The position numbers and the translations under genes are program-made. Below, piece after piece: positions 9,506 through 17,120 of a DNA stretch of 64,000 bases (its first letter is position 1; every line of letters begins with the position of its first letter). The stretch is from Acidimicrobiales bacterium (GTDB lineage Bacteria > Actinomycetota > Acidimicrobiia > Acidimicrobiales > Bin134): NCBI GenBank assembly GCA_963663255.1, contig OY760141.1, positions 2,253,103 through 2,317,102 on the forward strand, written 5' to 3'. The notes under the pieces are model-generated. The model ran no database searches. It saw only the letters and a list, made by a program, of their open reading frames with translations, and had not been told where the DNA came from.

Positions 9506-9922
9506 TCAACCGGGAATGGCTCGGGCGGCGGTTTGGTTTTCCAGTGGCCAGAACCAGCGTCGCGAGCCACCTGCCAGCAAAGCGATCCCTTTGGCCTTGC
9601 CCTTCTCGGCCTCCAAGATCAGCTCAGCCAGCGCATCGGCCATCCGCTGCTGCGGCGTGCGCCGAACTTTGGGGTCTTCGGCGTTCCACAACTCCTTCAC
9701 CTTTGCCGCCAGCATCTGCGACTTCATCGCCCCCAACCTGGACTCCGCCCGCCCAATCTCTTTCAACCGCCCCCGCAACCCCTCCTCCGACAGCCCCACA
9801 ACGTCAACACCAGGAACGCATACCCCGCCAAGGCGACAGCCACCTTCAACAGGAAATCCCCCGTCATAGCCGGAAATAGGCTCGAATCTCATGGATGTCA
9901 CTCTACCCACGACCAGTGACAC
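9506..9922 (-). pseudogene. Possible remnant of a DUF222/HNH-endonuclease-type gene
   Basis: Contains RRTPQQRMADALAELI, which resembles the DRTHQQRNADALVALI segment of the intact DUF222 HNH protein at 56440-57777. There is no HNH domain and the ORF is short. Confidence 0.3.
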
Positions 9923-10045
9923 TTACCCTCGCAAATCCCCTGCTTATCGTCCTTTGAACCGAATACATGGGGTCACGGTTCCACAAGATGGCCTGATTCC
10001 CTACCTGGATAGCTGGGGCTGTTCTGACCTCGGTAGCGTGCAGTC

Positions 10046-10633
10046 GTGGAGTTGTCGCAATTCGTTACTGACTTCGCTGACGGCATTAGAGCGGCTGACG
10101 CGGCGATGCCAATTGCCGTCAACCAGCGCTCGGGTAAGCCTTTCCGCCCGGGAATCGGCCCCCACACCGAGTCGGACACGATCCAACTTGCTCTCGGCGC
10201 ACTCTCCCCTGGACGGTTTCCCCCAGCAGTATTCGAAGCACCCTACCCAGCGTCTCCCAACCAGAAATGCGACATCCTCTTCGATGGCGATCCCGGGTGG
10301 GCAATCGAAGTCAAGATGCTGCGCATGTACGGGGACAACGGAAAACCCAACGACAACATGTTGCTTCACCTCCTCTCGCCCTACCCAAAACACCGCAGCG
10401 CCGTCACGGACTGCACAAAGCTCCGCGACTCAGGATTCCCTCAGCGTTTGGCGATAGTCATCTACGGCTACGAGAGCGAACTCTTTCCCTTGTCGCCCGC
10501 AATCTCCGCATTTGAAATTCTTGCCCGAGATCTCACGTCACTCTCCGTAAGGTGTGAGGGCCATTTCGAAGGCTTGGCTCACCCAGTCCATAGGGCCGGT
10601 TGCGTCTACGGCTGGGAAATCCAGAAGCATTAG
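10046..10633 (+). CDS. PD-(D/E)xK-type nuclease-like protein (orphan)
   Basis: CDILFDGDPGWAIEVKMLR fits a D...E-x-K nuclease core. Start is uncertain: GTG 10046 or ATG 10106, neither with a strong RBS. Confidence 0.5.
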   Translation: MELSQFVTDFADGIRAADAAMPIAVNQRSGKPFRPGIGPHTESDTIQLALGALSPGRFPPAVFEAPYPASPNQKCDILFDGDPGWAIEVKMLRMYGDNGKPNDNMLLHLLSPYPKHRSAVTDCTKLRDSGFPQRLAIVIYGYESELFPLSPAISAFEILARDLTSLSVRCEGHFEGLAHPVHRAGCVYGWEIQKH

Positions 10634-10746
10634 ACTTATCCCACTGCGATCCTCCGACCCTTGGGGCCCGTCACCTACCAATCCACCGCTTTTCTAGCTT
10701 CAATCTCCACGCGTCGTTTACCGAACCTCCCCGGCTGCGCCCGCTG

Positions 10747-10890
10747 CTATTTTCCGTCGTTCACCGTCTTCTCCCGTGGCAGCTTCTTGGCCTGCTTCGG
10801 GGTCAGGGTCTTGCCAAATGTGCCGTCGGCGCGACGACCTTGGTTGTTGCCCCGGGAAGTGGGGATCTTGCTTCGATAGTGCTTCGCCAT
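10747..10890 (-). CDS. Small basic hypothetical protein (47 aa)
   Basis: Not in the track because it is under 60 aa. ATG 10890 is preceded by gggggtgagt RBS. Translation is MAKHYRSKIPTSRGNNQGRRADGTFGKTLTPKQAKKLPREKTVNDGK, with stop TAG at 10749-10747. Confidence 0.3.
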   Translation of the reverse strand: MAKHYRSKIPTSRGNNQGRRADGTFGKTLTPKQAKKLPREKTVNDGK

Positions 10891-11040
10891 ACTCACCCCC
10901 GATCCTGTGTTGCATGTTGGCTAGTTCCGTATGTGGTTCCCTCCCAATTGAATTTCTCAGACAATTGATATGCATAATCTCCATCTTTCACATGTCAAGG
11001 CCGATTGACCCTTGAGTCGCTTGAGCCGTTGACAGTTGCA

Positions 11041-11871
11041 TCACTGCATAGCCTGCAAGTCGACACACGCCTTGTACAGGACCCGTTCGAGCTGGAGGTC
11101 TGGTGGAACTCCTTCTCTTCGTCTGTAGTCGGTGAACGAGTCGCCCTCGGGTTCGAAACAGTAGAGGCCGACGGCATCGAGGACTTGCTGTGCAGTTGAG
11201 GCCCATTTGAGGGTTCGTTCGAAATCGCTGTCACTGGTGACCCGTACTGCGATGAAGAAATAGATCTTCGGCTCAACTGTGCGGAGCCAGGTGGTGAGGT
11301 CTCCTCCGCCCGGTCCCCCAGAACGCGGCGCTGTGCCGCTCATGGCCTGGCGCCTGCTGAATTCGCCTTTCAGGTCGATGCATTTGAAGGCAAGCTCTTT
11401 GACCCGCTTGTCGATGTCGGCTGATCCGGGGCGTCCGCTCTTCTTCTGCCTCGGTGAGTTGATGTGCTTGGGTGTGCCCATCATCTTCGCTTCGAGCATG
11501 AACTGGAGGTCCCCTTCTGCGGGATAGACGCAGTCGAGATTGTGTTTGGGCACGATCAGCCCAGGTACAGGTCGACGAGATGTCAAGAGCTGAACGCCAG
11601 AGCACTGCTTGAGGAGCAGAACCAGTAGATCGTTGAAGAAGTCGCCCTTTCCGTTTTGGAGATCAGCACCTAGATCAGACTTCTCGTCGTCCGTCATGTC
11701 TGCACCGACAGAAGCGGCTATGGACGCGTCGAAGTCAGACATTGCGGTCAGAAACGATTCCTCAACCTGATTCCAGCTTGTATACCCCTCTACTTCGGCT
11801 TCGCCATACACGCTGAGAAACGGAGCGCAACGCAGGCTCGTGGCCCATCGGGCATTCGTGGGAGCGGGCAT
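11041..11871 (-). CDS. Type II restriction endonuclease (PD-(D/E)xK-like), partner of the upstream methyltransferase
   Basis: Starts 16 nt downstream of the methyltransferase stop on the same strand. LDCVYPAEGDLQFMLEAKMMG fits D...E-x-K. Confidence 0.6.
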   Translation of the reverse strand: MPAPTNARWATSLRCAPFLSVYGEAEVEGYTSWNQVEESFLTAMSDFDASIAASVGADMTDDEKSDLGADLQNGKGDFFNDLLVLLLKQCSGVQLLTSRRPVPGLIVPKHNLDCVYPAEGDLQFMLEAKMMGTPKHINSPRQKKSGRPGSADIDKRVKELAFKCIDLKGEFSRRQAMSGTAPRSGGPGGGDLTTWLRTVEPKIYFFIAVRVTSDSDFERTLKWASTAQQVLDAVGLYCFEPEGDSFTDYRRREGVPPDLQLERVLYKACVDLQAMQ

Positions 11872-11887
11872 CTATCGATTCTGCCTG

Positions 11888-13609
11888 TCAAATCCGGGAT
11901 GACTGCAAACAACGAGCTGAGAGGACCCCAAGATGGTCTGCGCCTCTGTTCAGGCCATAAGCCTCCACTGCGGCCTCAGTGGCCGCACTTCGATCCCGCT
12001 GCCTGAAAGCGTCCCGCAGGCGTTGCTGCAGCTTCAAACTGATGGAATCAGGTTCGGGCACCCGGACCTTACGTAGGTATTGCGCCTGGAACCGGAAAGT
12101 CCCTCCTCGCATTTTCACGCAATAGGCACCAACGAAGAGGTTTGCGACATCAGATAGAAGAAGCCCGCCCAGCACTTCCAGGTCCCATTTGACGGAGACC
12201 ACGTAGTACAGGTTGTGATGCGGGTAGAACCCGCCAGGGTCCAAGACGGGATGAGAGAGAGCCTTGATATCAGGCAGAAGTAGCTTGGGCCGGTCAATGA
12301 GTTCAGGGTCGACCCGGTCAATCGTCCGGTACCAGGCTCTAGGTTGCTTCTGGGCAACGTGACGAGATCGAAGCTGTTTGCTGTGTTGCGCGAAGTGCCC
12401 TGCTAGTCCCGGATAGCCAGCGAGATCTACAAGCCCATTCTCTCCCCACGGGTTGATCAGGTACTTGCCCGACCAATCAGGACGACCTGTCGCGATATCG
12501 CCTGCGGTCAGGAGCGGGAGCAGGCGATCGGTCTCCACCCCCTCGGCCTCAGCCCGGATATAGACCTGGTCGCATCCAGTGGCAACCCCAATACCAACGC
12601 GGGTCCCCGTCCGAGAATCTTCAAGTGGGGCGAATTGGGATTCGAGATCAGCCAACAATTCAAGCGTCTTCGGAGATCCTGCCGGCCACAGAGCTGGACC
12701 TTCGAACCACCTTGTCAACTCCCCCGCTTCAAAGCCTCGGGAGCTAGACAAGGCATGCTGTGGGTTACGTAGCCAATCGAGCACCAAAGAGGCCTCACGT
12801 TGATCGAAGGCAGCGTTGGCATCCACCACGCGCACAGGACCCTGGACGCCATTACGAAGGATGGCTATGGCCGGGTACGCCGACACCTCTTCTTCGAACG
12901 CGTCGACATCATGCATGACCATGACCGAGTCAACGGAGTACCGGCTCGAAACCAACCTGCGGAGGTGCGCGCCGTATTGATTCCGCATCCACCGATCCGC
13001 GCATATGTAGGCCAACTGCCCTTCAGGACCAAGCAAGGACAAGCCCTTCTCAAAGAACCCGACGTAGATGTCCGCTCGGCCTCGCATGGTTGGCCACATG
13101 GACCTATAGGCATCGTTGACTTCTTTGGGGACGTCTTCAAGACGAACATACGGCGGATTCCCTACAACAAAATCGGCAGGTTGCATGGGCTCTTCACTCA
13201 GCAAGAAATCACTCGTCACGACCCACCGCTGAGCTAAGCGCTCTGCGTTCTCGAGGGTCTCTCCCAAATCGACCAACTTAGCCACCACCGCCTTGCGTGC
13301 GATCTCCGCGTTGTGGTCAAGCAGGTCGAATCCAGCGATGGCGCCCTCTAGCTCGGACAGCCGACGACCATGAGAAGCGCATGACTCCGCAAGCCTCTCG
13401 ACAATTGGAAGAAGAAACGCCCCACAACCGCACGATGGCTCCACGATCACCTTTGCTCCCAAGTCGGCCTCGGGTACATATCCGACAAGGTCAAGCATCA
13501 GGTCAACGACCCACCGCCTAGTAAAAACCTCGCCGTACTCGCCTTGAACGCCAGCTCTGATCCTTGGCTCTTGAGGTTTCACAAGCGGCAATTGCCGGGC
13601 GTCGCTCAC
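11888..13609 (-). CDS. N6-adenine DNA methyltransferase (gamma class, Eco57I/TaqI-like with C-terminal target-recognition domain)
   Basis: SAM motif VEPSCGCGAFL followed by catalytic VGNPPYVR. GTG start at 13609. Confidence 0.9.
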   Translation of the reverse strand: MSDARQLPLVKPQEPRIRAGVQGEYGEVFTRRWVVDLMLDLVGYVPEADLGAKVIVEPSCGCGAFLLPIVERLAESCASHGRRLSELEGAIAGFDLLDHNAEIARKAVVAKLVDLGETLENAERLAQRWVVTSDFLLSEEPMQPADFVVGNPPYVRLEDVPKEVNDAYRSMWPTMRGRADIYVGFFEKGLSLLGPEGQLAYICADRWMRNQYGAHLRRLVSSRYSVDSVMVMHDVDAFEEEVSAYPAIAILRNGVQGPVRVVDANAAFDQREASLVLDWLRNPQHALSSSRGFEAGELTRWFEGPALWPAGSPKTLELLADLESQFAPLEDSRTGTRVGIGVATGCDQVYIRAEAEGVETDRLLPLLTAGDIATGRPDWSGKYLINPWGENGLVDLAGYPGLAGHFAQHSKQLRSRHVAQKQPRAWYRTIDRVDPELIDRPKLLLPDIKALSHPVLDPGGFYPHHNLYYVVSVKWDLEVLGGLLLSDVANLFVGAYCVKMRGGTFRFQAQYLRKVRVPEPDSISLKLQQRLRDAFRQRDRSAATEAAVEAYGLNRGADHLGVLSARCLQSSRI

Positions 13610-13988
13610 CCCGCACCGCCAGAGACGGGCAAATCACATTGGTGGAATCTCATACCTGTACATTAGCTATACACAGTGACAACTATGCGCCGCCCGGTAC
13701 TACCGAAGACAGGGTCTCCAGCCAACATCGAACTGAGTCGTCTCGAGCCGATCCGTGCCTTGTAGCCGCGAAACCAGCGTTCTCGGCCTGCAGCGAAGCG
13801 CTGTACGACTTGGTTTTGGGGAAAAGGTCTCTGCTGTGGTGTCCCGAGGTTGCTGCTCGAAGATCATGCCCAGCCCCTCGTACCGCCTCACCTGGGACTA
13901 CGCAATTGCTATTCCCATCGACCGTCCTCATATCCCCAGTCGTGCTCTACTTGGCAAAGCCTTCCTCTAAGCACTCGACGACATTGTT

Positions 13989-14570
13989 TCAAATTCGCTT
14001 TTGCGGGCTGGCGCTGGTTCCCGCTCTAGCTTGACCACTCGACCTAGACGCCGCAGAACGTGCAATCCTCACCAGGTGGTTCGCAAGTCCTAAGAGTTCC
14101 AGGGCGGTCTCAGGATCGTCCAAGTATCTGTGTTCATGCGCTCTTGGGTTGCGGATCCCTGTAATCACTGCAGCGAACATTTCCATGTACCCGCGCTGTT
14201 GGTCCCTTTCTGATTGGGTTTTCAGGTCGTTTAGCTTCAACACCGGATTCTTTGGCGAGAATGCTCTCTGCATTAGAGGCACACCGTCGAGTTCTGTCAG
14301 GGACGTCAGATCCTTCACAATGTTGTTCAAACACTTGTACGCCTCTCCAACTGCCAATGCGTAGTAGCCATCGAGGAACAATTTCCGACTCGTTTGACGT
14401 AGTTCGTCATCGTCGACAATTTGATCGAAGGTAGGTGGATCAAAATCGCTGGAATGCGTGGTCGGCAGTTGCATGGCAAGACCATCTGCCTTTGCTTGAT
14501 CGGCAATTGCCTTCGCAACCGATAAGCACCAACGGGAATTGTCGCCCGGTAGATCGCTACTCGCCACCAT
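13989..14570 (-). CDS. TIGR02391 / Hypoth_Ymh family protein with Rx4H (HEPN-like) motif
   Basis: FLDGYYALAVGEAYKCLNN...LMQRAF...GYMEMFAAVITGIRNPRAHEH...ALELLGLANHL matches the family pattern as I remember it. Start is uncertain: ATG 14570 overlaps the upstream stop by 14 nt, and ATG 14474 is also possible. Confidence 0.75.
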   Translation of the reverse strand: MVASSDLPGDNSRWCLSVAKAIADQAKADGLAMQLPTTHSSDFDPPTFDQIVDDDELRQTSRKLFLDGYYALAVGEAYKCLNNIVKDLTSLTELDGVPLMQRAFSPKNPVLKLNDLKTQSERDQQRGYMEMFAAVITGIRNPRAHEHRYLDDPETALELLGLANHLVRIARSAASRSSGQARAGTSASPQKRI

Positions 14571-15258
14571 AGAGATGTTCGGCCATGCTCTTGAATATCT
14601 GGTCAATCTGACCAGCAGACGCATCCGACGAAATGTGAACCTGCACGTTGATGTTGAGTGCTGGCTCTACCCTGCCGTTACCTTGCCGAGTTGCTTTCAC
14701 TTCTGATCTGTTGGCCCTTCGAGCAGTCCGGTTTGAGGCTGGCCTTTCGTCTGAACCATTCTTGCTCGTTGTTGTGGTTGGGGCTTTGGTGGCTGCACCC
14801 TCAGGATCGCCGGCAGAGAGAAGGGTGTAGAGCGCTGACATTGCTGTTGCTGTCCCCTGACCCGCTCCAGTATTTCGGCTAAACCAATTCGCTACTCCGC
14901 TTGGATCCTCTGCTGGTGAGGGAAATGCAGACCGCAGCGCATCGGGGTATACCTCTGCAAGTATGTCGGCGCACGCTTGCTTGTAGGACTCGTCGTCCCG
15001 CCAATCGAGTGCACGTTCGGTAGGTGCTCCCTCATCATCGATGAGGCCTAGGGTCCTGAGTGGCCCAATCAGATTTCCAGCCGATGCAGTCGAACTCAAC
15101 CCAAGGACCGACTGCAGGTAGTCGGCATGGACCCTATTTGGCATCGTCTGCTTGAACTTCTCCCGCAGCACCCACCAGTTCTTAGTCGGGAGGCGAGGAA
15201 ATGTTCGCTTGTCCCCTTCATCCGCCATGTCTACCTCCTTGAAAGACTTGACACTCAT
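14557..15258 (-). CDS. DUF5343-like protein (putative winged-helix N-domain, low-complexity linker, short C-domain)
   Basis: FPRLPTKNWW...YLQSVLGLSSTASAGNLIGPLRTLGLIDDEGAPTERAL resembles the DUF5343 pattern from memory. It is followed by a Thr/Ser/Arg-rich linker. Confidence 0.5.
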   Translation of the reverse strand: MSVKSFKEVDMADEGDKRTFPRLPTKNWWVLREKFKQTMPNRVHADYLQSVLGLSSTASAGNLIGPLRTLGLIDDEGAPTERALDWRDDESYKQACADILAEVYPDALRSAFPSPAEDPSGVANWFSRNTGAGQGTATAMSALYTLLSAGDPEGAATKAPTTTTSKNGSDERPASNRTARRANRSEVKATRQGNGRVEPALNINVQVHISSDASAGQIDQIFKSMAEHLYGGE

Positions 15259-15442
15259 CTGTTACGTAGCAGTAGCGGAGGAGAGCATACGGGCACATCT
15301 CGCAAATTTCAATCAAATAATTATGCTCATGTAATTCTGCGCTTGTATCAACCGAGGGATCCGACGCTCCTAACTCCCTGACCTGGGGAAACGAAGAGTG
15401 ATTGGATTGCGCAGCTAGAGGTTCGCAGTAAATGTTCAGCAG

Positions 15443-16825
15443 ATGATCGACGAACACGGTTACCCGCTCGTCGGTCGTGAGGCCAGCAGTCGTAGTGCTC
15501 GGACCCTGTCTGAAACACTATTTCACGTGACTAGGACTTCGTTGGCAGACAGGGCCGAACAAATTCTTCACCGTCACTCAAAGGGGAGGCCTCTGCACTA
15601 CAGACGTCTCACAGAGCTCGGAATCGAAGAAGGGCTTATCGTTGCTCGAGGGTCCACTCCTGAAGCCTCGCTCAATGCCTCTGTCACCCAAGAGATCAAG
15701 AAGCGGGAAGCCTCAGGAGAACCTCAACGCTTCCGCTCCCATGGCAAGGGGTTTTATTCGCTCACCCGGCCCTCAGATCCCCTTGGTGATGCGATCGAAG
15801 CCCACAATAGAGATGTTCGCGATCGCTTGCGCGAGGCGCTGGGAGACATGCACCCTAAGGCGTTTGAGCACCTAGTCGGAGTATTGCTCATTTCCTTGGG
15901 ATTCGAAGATGTCGAGGTGACTAGGTATGTAGGAGATCGTGGCATCGACTTGCGTGCGACGCTGGTGGTCGACGGCATAACCGATGTCCAGACGGCAATC
16001 CAAGCGAAACGTCATACAACTGGGTCCATCGGTGGGCCTGTCGTCCGAGAACTACGTGGAGGTCTAGGACCTCACGATCGAGGACTGATCATCACGCTCT
16101 CCCGTTTCTCCAAAGAGGCCCGCCGTGAAGCATCAGAGCCCGATAGGAGTCCTATCTCATTGGTCGATGGCGAAGGGCTGCTCGAGCTTCTCGTTCAAAA
16201 CCAAATAGGCATAAACGCCACAAGCCGCTCCATCCTTGAATTGGATGAGGGGTTCTTTACCGAGGAGGCAAGCCCGGACAGTGGAGAACTGCCGATGGCT
16301 GCAGCAAGTGGTACCCGCCTGCCTGGTGGGCCTAGTCCTAGCCAGGCGTTATCTCTCTGGCCCCTCCCAGGTGGCGCGAATGCATGGAAGGACTCACTAG
16401 ACCAAATGCTTCGGTACGTGGCCGAAGCAGCACCGACCATGAAGGAGGCAATTGCTTGGCTAATAGGCTCCTTCGAGCGGGTAGCAAGTGCCAATGCCGC
16501 TCGAGGGTACTGGCAAGTGCTACGCAGCTTGGGGCTCATTGAGACGCGAGGCGAACAAGTTGGACTCACCACGGAAGGCTCTGAGTACTTGGAGGATCCG
16601 ACCAGTGACCATTTACTCAGAATCGCAGCGAATCGAATTGTCGGAGTTGAGCAGATGATGCATTGGCTGTCTGAGCGACCTCACACATCTGGAGACCTAC
16701 TTGATCGTGCCCAGGATGAATTAGGGGTCGAGTGGGAGTCACATCAGCAGATCCTGTACCGACTCGGATGGCTGGAAATATTGGGAGCAGCGCAGAAATC
16801 AGGGGACTCCTGGTCTTCGCAGTAG
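15443..16825 (+). CDS. Mrr-type (type IV-like) restriction endonuclease with N-terminal HARE/Mrr_N wHTH and a roughly 190-aa C-terminal extension
   Basis: Mrr_cat core FEHLVGVLLISLGFEDVEVTRYVGDRGIDL...AIQAKRH...VRELRGGL...GLIITLSRFSKEA...SLVDGEGLLELL. N-terminal part is AEQILHRHSKGRPLHYRRL...GKGFYSL. Confidence 0.8.
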   Translation: MIDEHGYPLVGREASSRSARTLSETLFHVTRTSLADRAEQILHRHSKGRPLHYRRLTELGIEEGLIVARGSTPEASLNASVTQEIKKREASGEPQRFRSHGKGFYSLTRPSDPLGDAIEAHNRDVRDRLREALGDMHPKAFEHLVGVLLISLGFEDVEVTRYVGDRGIDLRATLVVDGITDVQTAIQAKRHTTGSIGGPVVRELRGGLGPHDRGLIITLSRFSKEARREASEPDRSPISLVDGEGLLELLVQNQIGINATSRSILELDEGFFTEEASPDSGELPMAAASGTRLPGGPSPSQALSLWPLPGGANAWKDSLDQMLRYVAEAAPTMKEAIAWLIGSFERVASANAARGYWQVLRSLGLIETRGEQVGLTTEGSEYLEDPTSDHLLRIAANRIVGVEQMMHWLSERPHTSGDLLDRAQDELGVEWESHQQILYRLGWLEILGAAQKSGDSWSSQ

Positions 16826-16926
16826 GAGGGCCGTGATTAATCAAGTTGGTATGGAGAATTGGCACTGCCCTGGGTTGATCAGAAATCTCTCACGTCACCA
16901 CCTCGTGGACGTGGCAGCCTCATTGC

Positions 16927-17091
16927 ATGTCCCACGAACTGGAAGAAACTAATGACAAGGACATTTTCCACGACTTTGTCTTGAGCCCAGAGGCATGGGA
17001 TGAACTTCAAGAGAAACTTGATCGGTTGCCAGTACCAAATTTCAATATCGCTGCTCTACTGACGCGGCCTTCGATCCTCGAATCCAATTGA
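16927..17091 (+). pseudogene. 3' remnant of a DUF1778 (TacA-like) antitoxin gene; no RHH part and no cognate GNAT toxin
   Basis: The 54-aa ORF MSHELEETNDKDIFHDFVLSPEAWDELQEKLDRLPVPNFNIAALLTRPSILESN matches the C-terminal half of DUF1778 antitoxins (D+xxFxLxxxxWxxFxxxLDxPxxxNxxLxxLL). An in-frame TGA lies 16 codons upstream of the ATG (16876-16878), and the intervening residues show no RHH-like sequence. Confidence 0.45.
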
Positions 17092-17120
17092 GGCCCAATT
17101 AGATTCAGCCTGAACCGCGC

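Larger units (their letters stand above)
8105..17120. other. AT-richer accessory (defence) island between core genes
   Basis: Visibly lower GC, AT-rich spacers and A/T-ending codons compared with the flanks. Gene content is nucleases, an R-M system and TA/HNH remnants. No integrase or tRNA seen. Confidence 0.6.

Noticed and set aside
9425-9919. Plus-strand ORFs of 164, 126 and 111 aa.
   Set aside because: They are mutually overlapping Pro/Arg/Ser-rich frames opposite the 9506-9922 ORF and have no motifs.
13610-13988. Three 63-82 aa ORFs in the spacer upstream of the MTase, considered as possible controller proteins or small genes.
   Set aside because: They overlap each other on both strands. 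I saw no RBS, no HTH-like pattern and no coding-like composition. The spacer remains unexplained non-coding DNA.
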